Below are positions 26,031 through 40,405 of a DNA stretch of 64,000 nt, piece by piece. A program made the position numbers and the translations under genes. The first letter of the stretch is position 1; every line of letters starts with the position of its first letter. The DNA is from Mytilus edulis (lineage: Eukaryota): assembly GCF_963676685.1 (NCBI RefSeq), contig NC_092346.1, positions 88,908,001-88,972,000 of the forward strand. Reading direction: 5' to 3'. The notes under the pieces are model-generated. The model had not been told where the DNA came from. It ran no database searches and was given only the letters and a program-made list of their open reading frames with translations.

Positions 26031-28779
26031 TTCATAGTATGATTCCCATAGAGTAAATTGTCAGAGGCAACAGACATAAGTATAAAACATTTGTCTTGGA
26101 ATTAGTATAAAGTATAGATTTATTCAACAGTGAGGAGTATTATACAGACAGATGGTAAAGTAATTTTTTCAGAATATAAAACAATAATACACTTTCAATC
26201 CTCATCTGTATGCTCCTTAAGACTATATGAAAACAAAGATCTGAGAACAGCTGCTTGAATAAACAAAAGTATCATTAATGTAACATTCCAAATTTCTTCA
26301 TGGCTTGCATATGGTGCATCTACTCTTAAAATCATTTCCATAATTTAACTCTTCAGTAAATTTTTAGCTTTGATTATCTGGTCTGAACACTGATAATTGA
26401 AACAGCACAAATTTGTCTGAACAATTGAAGAATTCTGCACCCTAAGGACAAAGTGGAAGACATTTATCTACAAGTTTAACTTGTTTTTCTTTGATAATTC
26501 TCACATGTAATTATACAAGAATGTTGATCAGTAAAGTATCTAATTTTCTGTTCTTAGTGCAACATACTCCTTTACCACTGCCTTGATGTACATATTTTAT
26601 CATGTTCATTACTTTTGCTCATGTTAGGATCATCAATATTATGTCAACTAGAAATTCTTAATCTTTCCTTTTCAGTATTCAGAATCAATATCCAGTATTC
26701 TTTTTCAATTTATTGAACCTATTAACTGTAACAATTGATATTAGCATATATAATATACAAATAACATTCATGTTATAATAACATATAAAAGTAGGCCTAA
26801 AAAACTTGTTGAGCAAGACATGCTAGATGTACAATTTATGTGTCTTAAATCCAATAACTTTTATCTCAGCTTTCTATCCACTTAAGTAGTTAAATTGATA
26901 TTTCAGAAAAAAATCATTAACCGACAAGTTAATTATTTACTATAAACAGTTGGAGAGGGAATTATAACAAAATAAATATATTATCTAACATACTAAAGGG
27001 TTTCTTCAAATATCAATGTAATTGTAGAAGAACTAGAAATGTTTTCTGAAGTTTATTTTGGTTTTTTTTTCTTTTGATGTGGTAAAATCTACAAGTCATT
27101 GGCTCAAAAGACAAATGGATTTACATATACTAGATAATGTACCATTTATGTGGATGGTTGGTAAATGTACTGGTAGGGTCATGAGTGAGACTCAAGACAC
27201 ATCAGGATTTTTAAATACACCTACATGTTAACAAATTATAGAGGCCATCATTAAGTGTACATGTACAAATATATGATGCTAGTACATTTAGTGTATTTTT
27301 GAGAATGAACTACAATTTTTTCTACATCCAGTTCTCATGAGGGGCTGAATCTTTAAAGTTCACATTCAATCACTTCAGAATTAGAACCTTTCTGACAGTC
27401 TTCACATTTAATCACAGGCCAAGCAGCCTAGGCTTGTAAAATTGCTTTAATTTGGGGCCTGTAAAAGTCATCTCTACAGTCTAACAGAATCTAAGTAAAC
27501 GTTAAGCCTGTAGATTAAAAGCCTCTTAGCTTCATTACAGGTTATCAAGAAGCTAAGACTGTTTTCATGTTTAATTTCTGTTGTGTTATAAATATGTGTT
27601 TTGTCATTCTGCAGAAGTGCACGATAAAAGTGTAAATTAAATTTATATAGATAAAAGAACAGTCAAAAAATTGCAGGTCGTATGAATGATGTATTGCTTG
27701 TTTTAATGCAAGTAGCTGGATAACAATTCATAGTATAGTAGAAATGGAGAACTTTTGATGGACACAGTGATGCATCATTTACATAGACAACACAACATGA
27801 TGTAGATAAATCACAACGTGAAGGTTGATACACATCATCTAAGTAGGTGCATATGGTGTAATTAAGAGTTTGTCTTTAATGTAAAAGTTTTCATTCTAAG
27901 GACACTTAATTCATCATTAGATGTTCAAGTGTCATCAAATAAAAAGAAACTTCAAAACAGATATCAGCTTGCAGATTAAATCCTTACTTTGACAATCTTT
28001 AATGAAACTAAATTTTACACACCCATTCTTATAAGAAATAGCAATGTATTAATAATTCTATTAAAAGCCCAGATTCTTTGATGAGTTATTCAGATTTTCA
28101 GACAAAATATCCAAGTTCAGATCCAATAAAAAATTTCTCCAGCTTTTATCAGGACTCCAAAATTAACTGACAGACGTTAAAACAGATCTTCTGAACCTTT
28201 TTTTTTTAATGTTTTTTGTTATTCAGAAACTCACATTTGGTATTTTGTTTTTCTAATGGGAAAATCATTTAAAGTCACCATTAGATTTTTTTCACAAAGA
28301 AAATGCTATCTAAGATGTTGTAAAGATAGTAAAGAAAATGTTACCACCATATTGTTCAAGTTAAGGAGAACACATTATCACAATCTTTTTGAAGTATTTT
28401 TCTAGTGACTAAACATTAACAAAACCCCAGAGAAACCCATGTGTCATCTCTGTTCAAATAAAATGACATCATATATAAAGGTGTTTTAACCTATTCGATG
28501 GTCTTTACCTGAATATGATTTACGCCAGATTATGAGATAATAATAGGAGATATAAGTCATGATCTGCATGTTTAAATGTACTTGTTATAGTTGTATTTCC
28601 CGTTTTTTAGAGTAACACAACTATCAAAATCTACTTCAATGTTGTTTTTTTCTCTTTTGTGCAATGCATGTACATGTAGCCCAAGAACAGTCATATCGTA
28701 GTGCATTTTATTGAGACAATAAATTAAAATTAAATATAATCACACCTGCTCTATTTCAAAAAATTGTTTCTAGTGTCCT

Positions 28780-29255
28780 ACTATTGGGACAACAAATAAT
28801 ATCAAAATTATAGAAAAGTCCAGCAGCTCTAACTCAAAATAAAGACAATTCTATATTAAACTAGGGGGTCTAAAATTCAGTTTGACAGTTTCAGACATGT
28901 ACATTGTACTAATTTTTGGCCTTTTTTAACTAGACCAAATCACTACTTAATATTATGATTCAGCATCTGGGACATTTAATTTACCTACATTGTAGAATGG
29001 CCAGTCTGATATCCGAATAACAACATGTTTAGAATCAGCATATAAAAAAACACCAAAAGTTTAATTTTGAACCCTTCAAACCTTAATATAGACAGATTTG
29101 AAAACAGGGCCCAAAATTAAAAATCTAAATGCACAATACGATTTGGCATATTATAGAGTTGTAAATATAATAATTTAATTTTTGATGTAATCAAACAAAG
29201 TTTCATTTTGGACCTTTTGGAGTCTCAATGTAGACAAATTTAAAAATGGGCCTGT
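28780..29255. mobile_element. Degenerate internal fragment related to the HINE core at 9050-9600
   Basis: Shares TTCAGCAT, TTTGAAAAC(A)GGGCCCA and TCAAACAAAGTTT..TTTTGGACC with the core repeats. Confidence 0.5.
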
Positions 29256-29518
29256 ACTTAGTAAATCTCTCAGTTACAAATATTTGCACACCCTATTTGG
29301 TGTGTATCTCATGCCATATCAGTAGTTGTTGCTTATATATATATATAAATCAGAAATAGTCAATGGAAAAATTATGAAGAAAAAAAATCCCCCTCCCCCC
29401 AAAAAAAATATTTGGTTTAGCGAGTAGTATTTTGTCTGTGACTGACATAATACTTTTTGCAGAGACTTGGAATAATTAGGGTACAAAGCTAGCTAGTTCA
29501 GTATAAAGATACACTTAA

Positions 29519-30112
29519 GGTGGTATGGGAGTCTAAAATAAAAATGATAGAATTTGTTCATACTTTGCCAAAACGTTGTATCTATTGATACATGTTGAAA
29601 AATATAATAAAAATGATAGGTCACCGCGCATTTTCTCAAGCTACAGGACGGGACAAAATGACACATTTTGTATGGATTATACAGGAAAAAACACCATTTT
29701 GTGATTAGAAACTAAACAAAATGATAGAATTGTTAAATACTTCAGGAAAAGATAGCTTTCAGACACTGCTTTGAGAATATCAAAAGAGAAGATAGGGTTA
29801 CCGTACGTTTTTTTCCGGCTAAAATACAAAATAGGAAAATTCCATACAGAATCCTTCAGAAAATGCACTTTTTTAGAGTTACCTCCCCTTAAAATGCCAA
29901 TTTAAAAAAAAAAAAAAAACAACCAAAAATAATTAACATTTGAAAAAATATCAATATTTAGAAGTTATATTCTTATAAATTGGTACTTTTAAATGAAAAT
30001 GTACATTAAACATCTGCATTCCTGCATCAAATTTTGCTAACTTGATGGAAAATCTGGACCTTTGATTCTCTGTTTTTTACAATCCAAGATGGAGGAAGAC
30101 ACCCATACCACC
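29519..30112. mobile_element. MITE with TTAA TSD (Kolobok-like)
   Basis: TTAA-GGTGGTATGGGAGTCT ... AGACACCCATACCACC-TTAA. Confidence 0.85.
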
Positions 30113-30162
30113 TTAATTAACACTTGTCTACCAATTTCCTTTCAAACTATTTTTATAGGTAA

Positions 30163-30415
30163 GGCCATAATAGATAATAGGTTTGTTTGCCCAAACGCTA
30201 CCTACCCAGAAAAAAGCTGCCTACTCAAATTCTTTTATTGTCCTGATTTGAAGAAGTTTTTTTTTAATCAAATAGACATGAAGACTAATAAACATCTGAT
30301 ACTCCAATTTCTTTTAAAAAAAAAATAAAAAAAATGCCTACCTACCTACCTACCTACCCACTGTCTCAACCTTTGGGTAGGATTTGGGCAAACCAAAATA
30401 TTTTTAAGTGTGGCC
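30163..30415. mobile_element. Short MITE with GGCC ends and TAA TSD
   Basis: TAA-GGCCA...TTTGCCCAAA.. / ..TTTGGGCAAA...TGGCC-TAA; internal (CCTA)n. Confidence 0.75.
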
Positions 30416-31320
30416 TAATCAGCATACTAAATTACTGATCATGTAAATAAATATTATTGTAGCTCCCAAACCTTGTAACTAGCACTTAATTAGTCTTCAC
30501 CCCAGTTTAAAGGTCAAAGAAGGTCACATTAAATATTTACAAAATACTTGGTCTCCCAAGGCAGCTGTGAGCCAGTAATTTGAAAACAACTGCAAAGTAA
30601 TAGATAATAATCTATAGTCTGAAGATTCTATTATGCATCAGGATAATTACAGCACATATACTACTGAAAATGTTATAATTTCTTTAGCAGATTGATTAGC
30701 ATTTAATGAACATCTAGAATTGATATAACATATGTTTAGTTTACTGGTTTTATCTGACTGGTTGCTTTTTTATTATTTCAGTATCAACAAAATATTTTGC
30801 TTTCTATAATTACTGGATGCCTTTTTTTCATATACAAACCAGACCAATAATACATTTTTATTCATATATTGTTTAAAACTCGTTAGAAAGTTCTTAAATT
30901 CTTGAAAGAAAGAAAAACATACATGTACTTTGTAAATATTAATACTTGGTTTATATGAAAAAATTCACTTGTTTATAGAAGTACAATGTATGGGATACAC
31001 AAATTATATATCTCACTAAGTAACATTTTCCTAATAAACATATTTGTTGACAGGATACACTAACAGAATACAGCATGTCTCTGCATGCCATACATATGTA
31101 TGTCAGACCATCATCTTTTTAATGGTGCCACAATTGTTCTTTGTGACTTGCAATCAAGTCTTGTATGATTTAAAAATGGATAATCTCTAGCCCCTGCTGA
31201 TAGTTGATACATGTACCTACATTGTACATGTACAAGGACTGTACAATGTGTGTGTTAAAGTGGATCATACATTCATTGTACATACAGATCAACTATAAAA
31301 AAAAATGTGTGAAACCTCCC

Positions 31321-33172
31321 CAGTGATATTGTTTGCCTCAAATTACAGCCGAAATTCTGCCTTTTCCCCTAGAGAAAATTCCCAATTACTAAAAAAAATG
31401 GCTTAAAATTCCTCCCAAAAAGTTTTACATTTTCCCCAAACAGTGATGGCATTGGTAGTAATGTTTGTAAATATCGTAAGAATTGAGTGATGGACAGTTA
31501 GGGCGTGAATTTTTCTTGCTACCTGATTGGAAGATATTACGAGACGTGAATAATCAAAATTTACTGATTGGTTAGGACAATCCAAACCAAGTAAATGTCC
31601 TTCAATCCCGTAGAGTATCGGATTTATCCTCTCTATTTTAGCAATTAGATTTTACACAGGTAACCTTTAGCTATAAATAGGCTAATCTTCTGGAGTAAAC
31701 AACAAGTAATAGCTTTTCTAAAAAGCTTGCCGTATTTTAGCTGATTATATTGAGGGTTTAGAAGTATTATAGGTTATTTTTTTTTTTGGAATATTGCACT
31801 CCAAGCAATATGAATGCATACATGTAGCGTTTTTTTTCTACTAATTTGTGATTTTAGTTGTATTATTGGTGGACCAGAGTTAGAATGGAAGGAGACTTAA
31901 TAATAATTGAGAATGGAAATTGGGAATGATATTATAATAAAATGTATACTGTGTCTATAATCAACTTGATAAAAAAAAAGCATTATAAAATACATGTACT
32001 TTTGAGGATTACAACTTGACAAAATGGACTTCTACAGAATGTCTTTCAAATTTGAGAATGTTACATCTTATATCTTCATGTATAGAAGTGATTGATATCT
32101 TATCCGACTTTTCTCTTAGAAAATGCAATTAGTTTTGACTTAAGTTAAGTGTTGTTATTACTAATTTTCAGATGTAATAATACTTGAAAAAGATGTTTTT
32201 ATGGCAATGGGATTTGGAATGAAATATTAATTACAAATATTTTTTTTCAACATGTTGTCACCTGCCTTCATATATGTTTTAATATATCACTTTGTGATTT
32301 GTAATCTTGACAATTATTTTTTGAAGTTCCAGTGGCGGATTCAGGGGGGAGGGTCCGGGTTGGAAGTTCCCCTTTTTTGGCCGATCAATGAATTTGAAAT
32401 GGGGCATATAGTTGGAAGCCCTCCCCCCTTTTGTCCTGGGTTGGAACCTCCCCTTTTTAAAATGGCTGAATCTGCCCCGAGACCTAAGAATGAGAGCTTC
32501 ATATTAGTATTAGCCTTTTATAGTGCTTTATATTTGGTTGCACGTGTTATCAAGCTTTTGTGACATTGAATATTTATATTTTCATTTCTAATGGCAAACA
32601 TTTCATGTAATACATATTGTCAGGATTATTAGTTAATTTTACTTGTTAATGTTTATTGTCATAATCGGAAAGTGAGTGGCAGATCCAGAAATTTTCATAA
32701 GTGGAAACAGGCTCTCACGTGTGTGGTAAAATTTGTTCATTGATGCACGTGGCTATTCTAGTAAATGAATTAATCTACAAAGCGAGAGCACTTTCCATTT
32801 TCGTCAGCTAAGAGTCGAATAGCCCTTTTTGAAAGGCTAACGCTTGTTATTTTGATATTAGAAAGCACTTTTGAGATCCGCTTTTCTGATCAGAATCATC
32901 ATGGTGTTTGTAACACATGTAGTTTTCAATGCATTAAGTACCATCATTGCTTCTGTTTCTTTCCCCTCTCCGAAATGTTATCTTTCAGATTGAAAATGTC
33001 TGACAACCACAACATACTTGAAAAAACAGTGCAAAAAAGACAGCAAAGGTCAGCAAAAAATCAGAGATGTGTTTAGAATAATATGCAAATTTCCCAATTT
33101 CAAAAAAAAAATATGCATTTTCCCAATAAAAAACGGTAGAGGTAGTTATGAAAAAAGACAACAATATCACTG
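31321..33172. mobile_element. Non-autonomous DNA transposon, CAG termini, 5-bp TSD (hAT5-like)
   Basis: 13-bp TIR CAGTGATATTGTT / AACAATATCACTG flanked by CTCCC at 31316-31320 and 33173-33177. Confidence 0.8.
32330..32479. mobile_element. Short G/C-run MITE nested in the 31321-33172 element
   Basis: CAGTGGCGGATTCAG ... CTGAATCTGCCCCG imperfect TIR, of the same type as 39026-40211. Confidence 0.6.
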
Positions 33173-34121
33173 CTCCCTGCTAAATAGTTACTAGCTTGAA
33201 AACTGGGTATACTATTTAGAAGGACATTCTATAAATGGACATGTACAAATGTACAAATGTACATGGTAGTATAATATAATACAAGTCAACAAAACCTTAC
33301 ACAAGCTTGAACCTTTAAAATACAATAAAATGTTTATAATAATTTAATTAATAGAAAGTTCAAACATCTTTTTAATTATTTAATAAAAACATTCAATTAC
33401 AAATGCCTAAGATTCAGAAAGTTGGTAGAACAAGATATTTTTTTAGTTTTTTTGTTGCAACTTGTGTTATCAGTGAGTACAGTTCTATGCATTATCTTTA
33501 GAGCCTGGGGCTGCCTAAATCTTGTGGTACAGGTTATTTTTTAGCCTATTCTATGTGTATTACATGTATATTTTCTTTGGCATTTAAAAGTGATAATTAA
33601 TCATCTGTGTTTTTTTTATAATCAACATATATCACATTCACAATTTAGCATCAAGTGTGCTAGAGTTGTTTCCCATTAATCAATAAAGCACAATAATATG
33701 ATGGTAATTAAAATACAAGGTTTTTTTGGTAAAACAAGCTATCCCAAAACAGATACTTAATGGTGGATAGTTGTCTCATTTAATTTGAGGTCACACAAAA
33801 TGTTATTTCTATACATGCATGCATATTGTACATACAGTAACATGTATTCAAATGACTAATTAAACACTCAAAAAAAAATGAGTGGGATTTGTGTATCCAA
33901 TACATTACATTGATATCAACTCTTTTTTAAGAGTACAAACTAATTCTACAGGCATCATGCTACAGGCTATAATCACGTTTGCACTAATTCTTCAGATGAA
34001 TTGTACATGTATCTTTCCTTACTGCAATGTCTGCTATGTTCCATAAGTTTACCAAAAGGTTTAAATGAAAGTTTATAATTAAAAGAAAGGGAATGGTGTA
34101 TTAATTCAAAACAGAATATAG

Positions 34122-35600
34122 ATGAAAGACACTTAGCATCAAACTACAGGCCTGTTTCACTTACCTCCATTACATGCAAAGTCCTAGAACACATTGTACA
34201 CAGCAGCGTAATGGACCATTTCGACAAATACAAAATTCTCACAAATGCACAGCATGGATTCCGCAAACGACGATCTTGCGAATCCCAACTCATCATCACC
34301 ATTCATGATATTGCTTCGAAATTAAAAAGTAACAGCCAGGTAGATATCATCCTACTAGATTTTGCTAAAGCGTTTGATAAAGTGCCACACCATCGCCTAC
34401 TACATAAACTTGAGTACTACGGAGTAAACCCTAAAGCAAACAGGTGGATAAGATCATTCTTGCAAAACAGAATGCAAAGCGTTATCCTAGAAGGAGCTGT
34501 CTCTGAACAAGTACCAGTACTCTCTGGTGTTCCTCAAGGAACAGTTCTTGGACCGCTACTGTTCCTGGCCTACATAAACGACATGCCAGAAACAGCAACA
34601 TCATCAGAGACCAAACTTTTTGCAGACGACAGCCTCCTCTATCGGACTATCAGTAACCAAGCAGAAAGTGACCTACTACAGAAAGATCTGACATCATTAG
34701 AGGAATGGGAAGATAAGTGGCAAATGAGCTTCAATGCAAAAAAATGCATTGTAATTAGAATACAACCCAAGAACCGTCCGGTAATACCAACTAATTACAA
34801 ATTACACGGACACACACTGGACACCGTTGAAGCTAGTAAGTACCTGGGAGTTGCTATCAGCAACAATTTAACCTGGGACAGACACATCGACAACATAGTG
34901 GGAAAAGGAAACAAAACACTAGGCTTCATACGACGTAACTTAAAGGATTGTACTAAACCGGTCAAAGCAGCAGCATATTCAACAATAGTAAGACCCTCAG
35001 TTGAGTATGCTTGCACAGTATGGGATCCTACGAAACAGGCTAAAATAAAAGCAATCGAACAAGTACAGAAAAGAGCAGCTAGATTTGTAAACAACAACTA
35101 CACAGACCGCACACCTGGCTGTGTAACAAAAATGGTAACATCTTTAAAATGGGAAAGCCTCGAAGACCGCAGGAAACAAAATAGGCTATGCATGCTGTTC
35201 AAAATTCAACATGATCTGATAGACATAGATAGGCACCAATATCTGACACCAAACGATAGCCGGACCAGAGGAAAAAACCGCTTCTTCCAAGAAAGGGCCA
35301 CAACAGACGCCTTCGGACAATCATTTTTTCCAAGGACCATTAGAGACTGGAACCAACTTCCAACATCAGCAACATCAGCTGACACAGTTGATGGATTCAG
35401 AGCTGCCCTGAAGGCATGCTCTGCTAAAATTTAGACAGTAACATCCTGTAAATAGTTTTAATTGTATATATATAGAGAACGTTTTATCCTGTAAATAGCC
35501 AAGAGAAAACTTTCTGTGTTGTCCGACATTGCGTTAGTTTTCGCGGGACCTCATACATTCAAAATTTGAATTCGGTTCCTTACCTGGAAGAAGAAGAAGA
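34122..35600 (+). mobile_element. 5'-truncated CR1/L2-group LINE with an open RT frame
   Basis: NYRPVSLTS, QHGFRK, LDFAKAFDKV, SGVPQGTVLGP, LFADD and SFFPRTIRDWN; stop at 35434; short 3' UTR and (GAA)n tail at ~35587-35599. Confidence 0.93.
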
Positions 35601-37179
35601 CATGTGCATAGTACCATGTACACATTCTGTCTCAAATGGCAAAATAAGACCGAAAGCTGCATGTTAGTAGAAAAACTTAAATTTCTTAACCCATGGAAAT
35701 CCTGGTTTAAAAATCTTAATTTCTTTAAAGCTTATATACATTGTACATTTTTTTTATTTATTAGAATTTATTACTACAGTACAAGGGTCTGAAAGTCTTT
35801 TTCCAAGAAGTTGACTTGTGCAACTCTATGTAAACTTAATATATAAACATATTGATATTACAGGTCCTCACTAAGTCCATGTGATGAAAATCTGTGTTTA
35901 CTGACTTTATTCTCATTATTTTCAAAAGTGGTGTCCATCTAGATTGTAAAATATTGTGTCATCTCATTCTGAGCACATTTACATGTAGAAACCTTTCTTC
36001 TTCTCGATTTTTCATAAAGGTAAAGAATTAAATTATTTTTTTACTTTTGATGGTCATTATTCTTGAAAAAAGATGTAATAGACTGGCAAGTCTTTGATAT
36101 TTTGAAATTTCTGCTTGTCATTTCCGAGTTGGTCAATTTTTCTTATTTTCGTCGGCATTTTGCGTGTTAATTCTTTTTAAATGAAGTTATTTTATAAATA
36201 ACAAATACATTTCATGCTAGCTGGAATACTGCTTTCTCTCTAACAACCATGAATACACTTAAAATCATGTTCATATGGATAAAATTACAACATTTGTTTT
36301 ATCTCAAATATTCTGGCAGTATTTTCCCTAAGAAATAGGATTCATAGACTTTTCAAAGTAAGATGCGGAACCGTTAGCTCATACATTTTTGTAGCTCCTT
36401 ATGTTATTTTTTTTACTATTTGCGGACCCACAGCTTTGTCAAAGTCACCCTCCTGAAGATTTTTTTTTTTAATATATGCAATAATTTTTTTAAGGTTAGC
36501 TATCAAACTTATATTTGAGATCAGGCTGGAGGCAGGAAATTAGACGTTTATCTATTTTTGGCTTTGGCATATTCCTAAAGACACATGTAATCAACTATTC
36601 ATAGACTAGTTCACAAATTCTATTTAACAAATGAAGCCCCTCAGTTGACCTGACTTGGGGTCATTTGAGGAAAACATGTCATAGGCCATTGTGACATGAT
36701 GTGTATTGTGATGTCAATTTTTTCTAGGAAAAAGGACAGATTAGAAGATCATGCATATTGCAACCAATTGAGTGATATGTTTTTATATGTTTACATCAAT
36801 TTATTGACTCTTCTGACTTCTATGCCTTTGGACTTTTGAAGGCATGATGATGAACTGATGAAAAAAGCAGTTCATTCAGGTTTTATTTTCACTGATATTA
36901 CAAACTTTACATCAAATTTCTATAATAAAATTCATTCATTGAACGGTAAATATGTATGAATATTGTCATTTGGTTGCTTTGAACATCAGAGTTTTAACAT
37001 AAAATGATATTTAACATCAATGAACATTGCAAATCATAACAATGCTGTGCACCAGTTGACACATTCGAGTTCATGACTGACCTGATGTTAAATGTTGGAA
37101 GACCGGTGGGTTTGCTATTTTTTCTCGGCAAATATTTAAACATATTCGTGTCTATGCAATTTAATTATGATATAGAGCA

Positions 37180-37380
37180 AAATGTAATGAATAAACGTGA
37201 AGAATACAAACCTTTCAAAATATCGGAAGTGGAAATGCTACCAATATTTAGTTGTGAGTAAAATTAATTCAACAGCGGACGGAAGTCAATTACAAACAGT
37301 TTCGTATTTACTACAGTACACCTTTCGTGATACGCACCGTATAATGCGCGCGAGCAGTCTGTAGTCGCGTTGAACAGTTT
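37180..37380 (-). promoter_or_regulatory. Candidate promoter and non-coding first exon of the FERM gene
   Basis: Local CpG cluster; ETS-type CGGAAGT at 37224 and 37280; minus-strand donor GAAAG|GTTTGT at 37212/37211; sits at the boundary of the CpG-poor domain. Confidence 0.45.
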
Positions 37381-37500
37381 TCTTCTGTTGTTTATGGCCA
37401 ATTTACACCCTCTGCCATTTTTAGGTCAAAAGTGGTTCACCTTATAGGAATTAACCTATTTATATAAAACATATTTTTTCAATAAATATTGTACCAGAAT

Positions 37501-40345
37501 ATAAATAAATCCACATAAAGCTTGCGGCCCGGACACTATCAATGGCAGAGTCCTTAAAGAACTAAAGGAACAAATCTCACCAATTCTTACATTGATATTT
37601 AAAAAGTCACTTGATACTGGAGAAACACCTAAGGACTGGAAACATGCTAATGTAGCCCCAGCTTTCAAAAAAGGGGAAAAATACAAACCCGTAAACTACA
37701 GGCCAATATCTTTAACCCGCTGCATATGTTGCAAGCTGATGGAACATATTATTACAAGTAACATCATGTCTCACCTTGAAAAACATCACATATTATATGA
37801 TCTACAACACGGCTTCAGAAAATCAAGGTCGTGTGAAACACAATTAATAGACTTCATTCAAGAACTAGCACGATCAAATAATAGCAACACACAAATTGAC
37901 TTAATCATAATGGACTTCGCTAAAGCGTTCGACAAAGTCTCACATCGTCACCTCCTTTACAAACTCAAATTCTATGGTATTGAAAATAACACACTAAATT
38001 GGATTCAGGCATTTTTACAGGACAGAACACAAACGGTAGTCATTAATGGCATTTCCTCCACCTCAGTACCCGTAACATAGGAACAGTATTGGGCCCAATA
38101 CTGTTTCTTATCTATATAAATGACTTACCGGAATATCTAGAACACAGTAAACTTAGACTCTTTGCTGATGACAGCATAATTTACAGGGAAATAAAAACAC
38201 AAGATGATTGTCATAAGCTACAACTCGACCTTGACTCAGCAGCTCGATGGGAGTCAGATTGGCTTATGGCATTTCACCCTGATAAATGTACAAACCTTTC
38301 CATCTCTCAAAAGAAAAATAACTACCGGCATAATTACATCCTCCACAATCACATTCTCGAATCAGTTACATCAGCAAAATATTTAGGCATTACATTACAA
38401 TCAAATCTAAAGTGGAACAAACACATAGACAACATAGTATCAAATGGGAACAGATCACTTGGTTTTCTAAAAAGAAATTTAAAAATTACAAACACAGAAA
38501 CAAAATCAAGAGCATACCAGGCACTAGTAAGACCCAAACTGGAATATAGTTGTAGTGTCTGGGACCCCCATATGAAAGAACAACAGATACAATTAGAAAA
38601 GGTACAGAGACGTGCTGCTCGTTATGTACACAACAACTACGATTACACGAGCAGTGTCACAAACATGCTAAATCAGTTGAAATGGCCACCACTAGCTGAG
38701 AGACGCTTAAAAACCAGACTTATTTTATTTTATAAAGTAATACATTGTCTTGTTGCCATTCCATCGCATATTCTTGAACAAACAGACAGCAGAACAAGAC
38801 AAAATCATACTCAGACATACAGACACATCCAAACTTCCAAGGACACATACAAATGGTCATACTTCCCGCGAACAATTATTCAATGGAATTTACTACCACA
38901 AACTGTAATTGAAACCACCACTGTTGACAGCTTTAGAGATCAGCTAACACCAGCTGTTCTCTCTAGCTTCAAATAAACAATTTCAAACAAAACATGTACA
39001 TATATTTTTTAATCACAATCTGTAACAGGGGCGGATCCAGGACTTCGATGTCTGGGGGGGCACCATGAACCAATATTTTTGTTGTTAAATATATATATGC
39101 GGATTTGAGTGGGTGCTAGGTTTGTTTTTGTGTTTTTTTTGTGTTTTTTTTGGGGGGGGGGGGGGGGGTGTCAAATCATTATTTCTGTATTTCGATATGT
39201 TTTAAGTTTTTTACTTTTGCACTTTATTGCCAATTGATCTTTATTATATTCGACCTAAACATGCATCAAATATTTGCCACTGGACGTTTAACAACCATGC
39301 AACAATTTAAACAATATTTTCTTTATATTTCATCAACTCTATATTCTGTTATCTATATTTTTTGGCCCCGACTTATACTTTTTTGCACATTATTCGAATA
39401 TCTGCAAAACACCTTTATATCTTCATAAATGGTGACCTTTTGCATAGCCTCGTCCATGTACATGCATGGTAATTGAAACAAGACCAATAAAAACAAATAT
39501 AACTGCATGCTTCGGCTTTTAGAGAAATGTTTAAGTCCAAGATTCTGTTACAAACTAAATTTTAACGAAAATCAAGTAGCATTTTATTAATGATTATTTA
39601 ATAGGAAATGTCAATTTATTTTTCCTGGACGAGGGAAAGCATTAGGGTAAAGGGGAGGGGGAGTAAATTTTTTTGTTGATTTCCCTTCCATAAGAGGGGA
39701 ATGAAATATGATATTATTTTAAAAAAAAAACATATCTTCTAAGTTATCAAAAAATAAATAGTTTAATTTGTTGCTAAATAAATTCAAAAAAAGAAAGTTT
39801 TGGAAAAAAAGTACATTTACAGGAAATGTTTGTACCTTTTCTTCAAAAACACAGATCAGACGTTTCACCTGGTAATCGATCTTAATCGGTATTGTATTAT
39901 AAACCAATACAATTTTGTACTATTCCAATCATAATGTAAATGTATTTTGATCTATTTTACATAAAATCTTTTGCATAGACATATTACACACAGGTGTCAA
40001 TATTTACACACCCACCGATAAGTTGTCATAAATCACGCATGGGGACGCTGGTATTAATTAACGGCCAGTTTAAGAAGCCTAATCAAGCTGTGACAATTTC
40101 CGCACTAGATAAGAAGTTTCAGTATCAATAAAATTATGTTAGAAAAAAAAATGTTGACCTGAACTGGGGGGGCACGTGCCCCTTGTGCCCCCCCCGGTAA
40201 ATCCGCCACTGTGTAAATACAAACACTCCAATTGTTATAAAATATTTTTATAAATTTTGTATAAATTTTTGTCAATCACGCATGCGCAACAACATGTATT
40301 CTTCAGTATTGAAGCCTTGTTGACCTTAAAGAAGAAGAAGAAGAA
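37501..40345 (+). mobile_element. 5'-truncated CR1/L2-group LINE, frameshifted, 3' UTR interrupted by a MITE
   Basis: KACGPD, NYRPISLT, MDFAKAFDKV, LFADD and SYFPRTIIQWN across ORFs 37592-38080 and 38089-38976; a small deletion removes SGVPQ at ~38080; (GAA)5 tail at 40331-40345. Confidence 0.92.
39026..40211. mobile_element. MITE with CAG termini and 5-bp TSD, inserted in a LINE 3' UTR
   Basis: CAGGGGCGGAT / ATCCGCCACTG; TGTAA at 39021-39025 and 40212-40216. Confidence 0.82.
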
Positions 40346-40405
40346 ACATATATATTGATATACTGTTCCCAGATTGTACTGAAGGTTTTTCTTGTCCAAC
40401 AAAGA

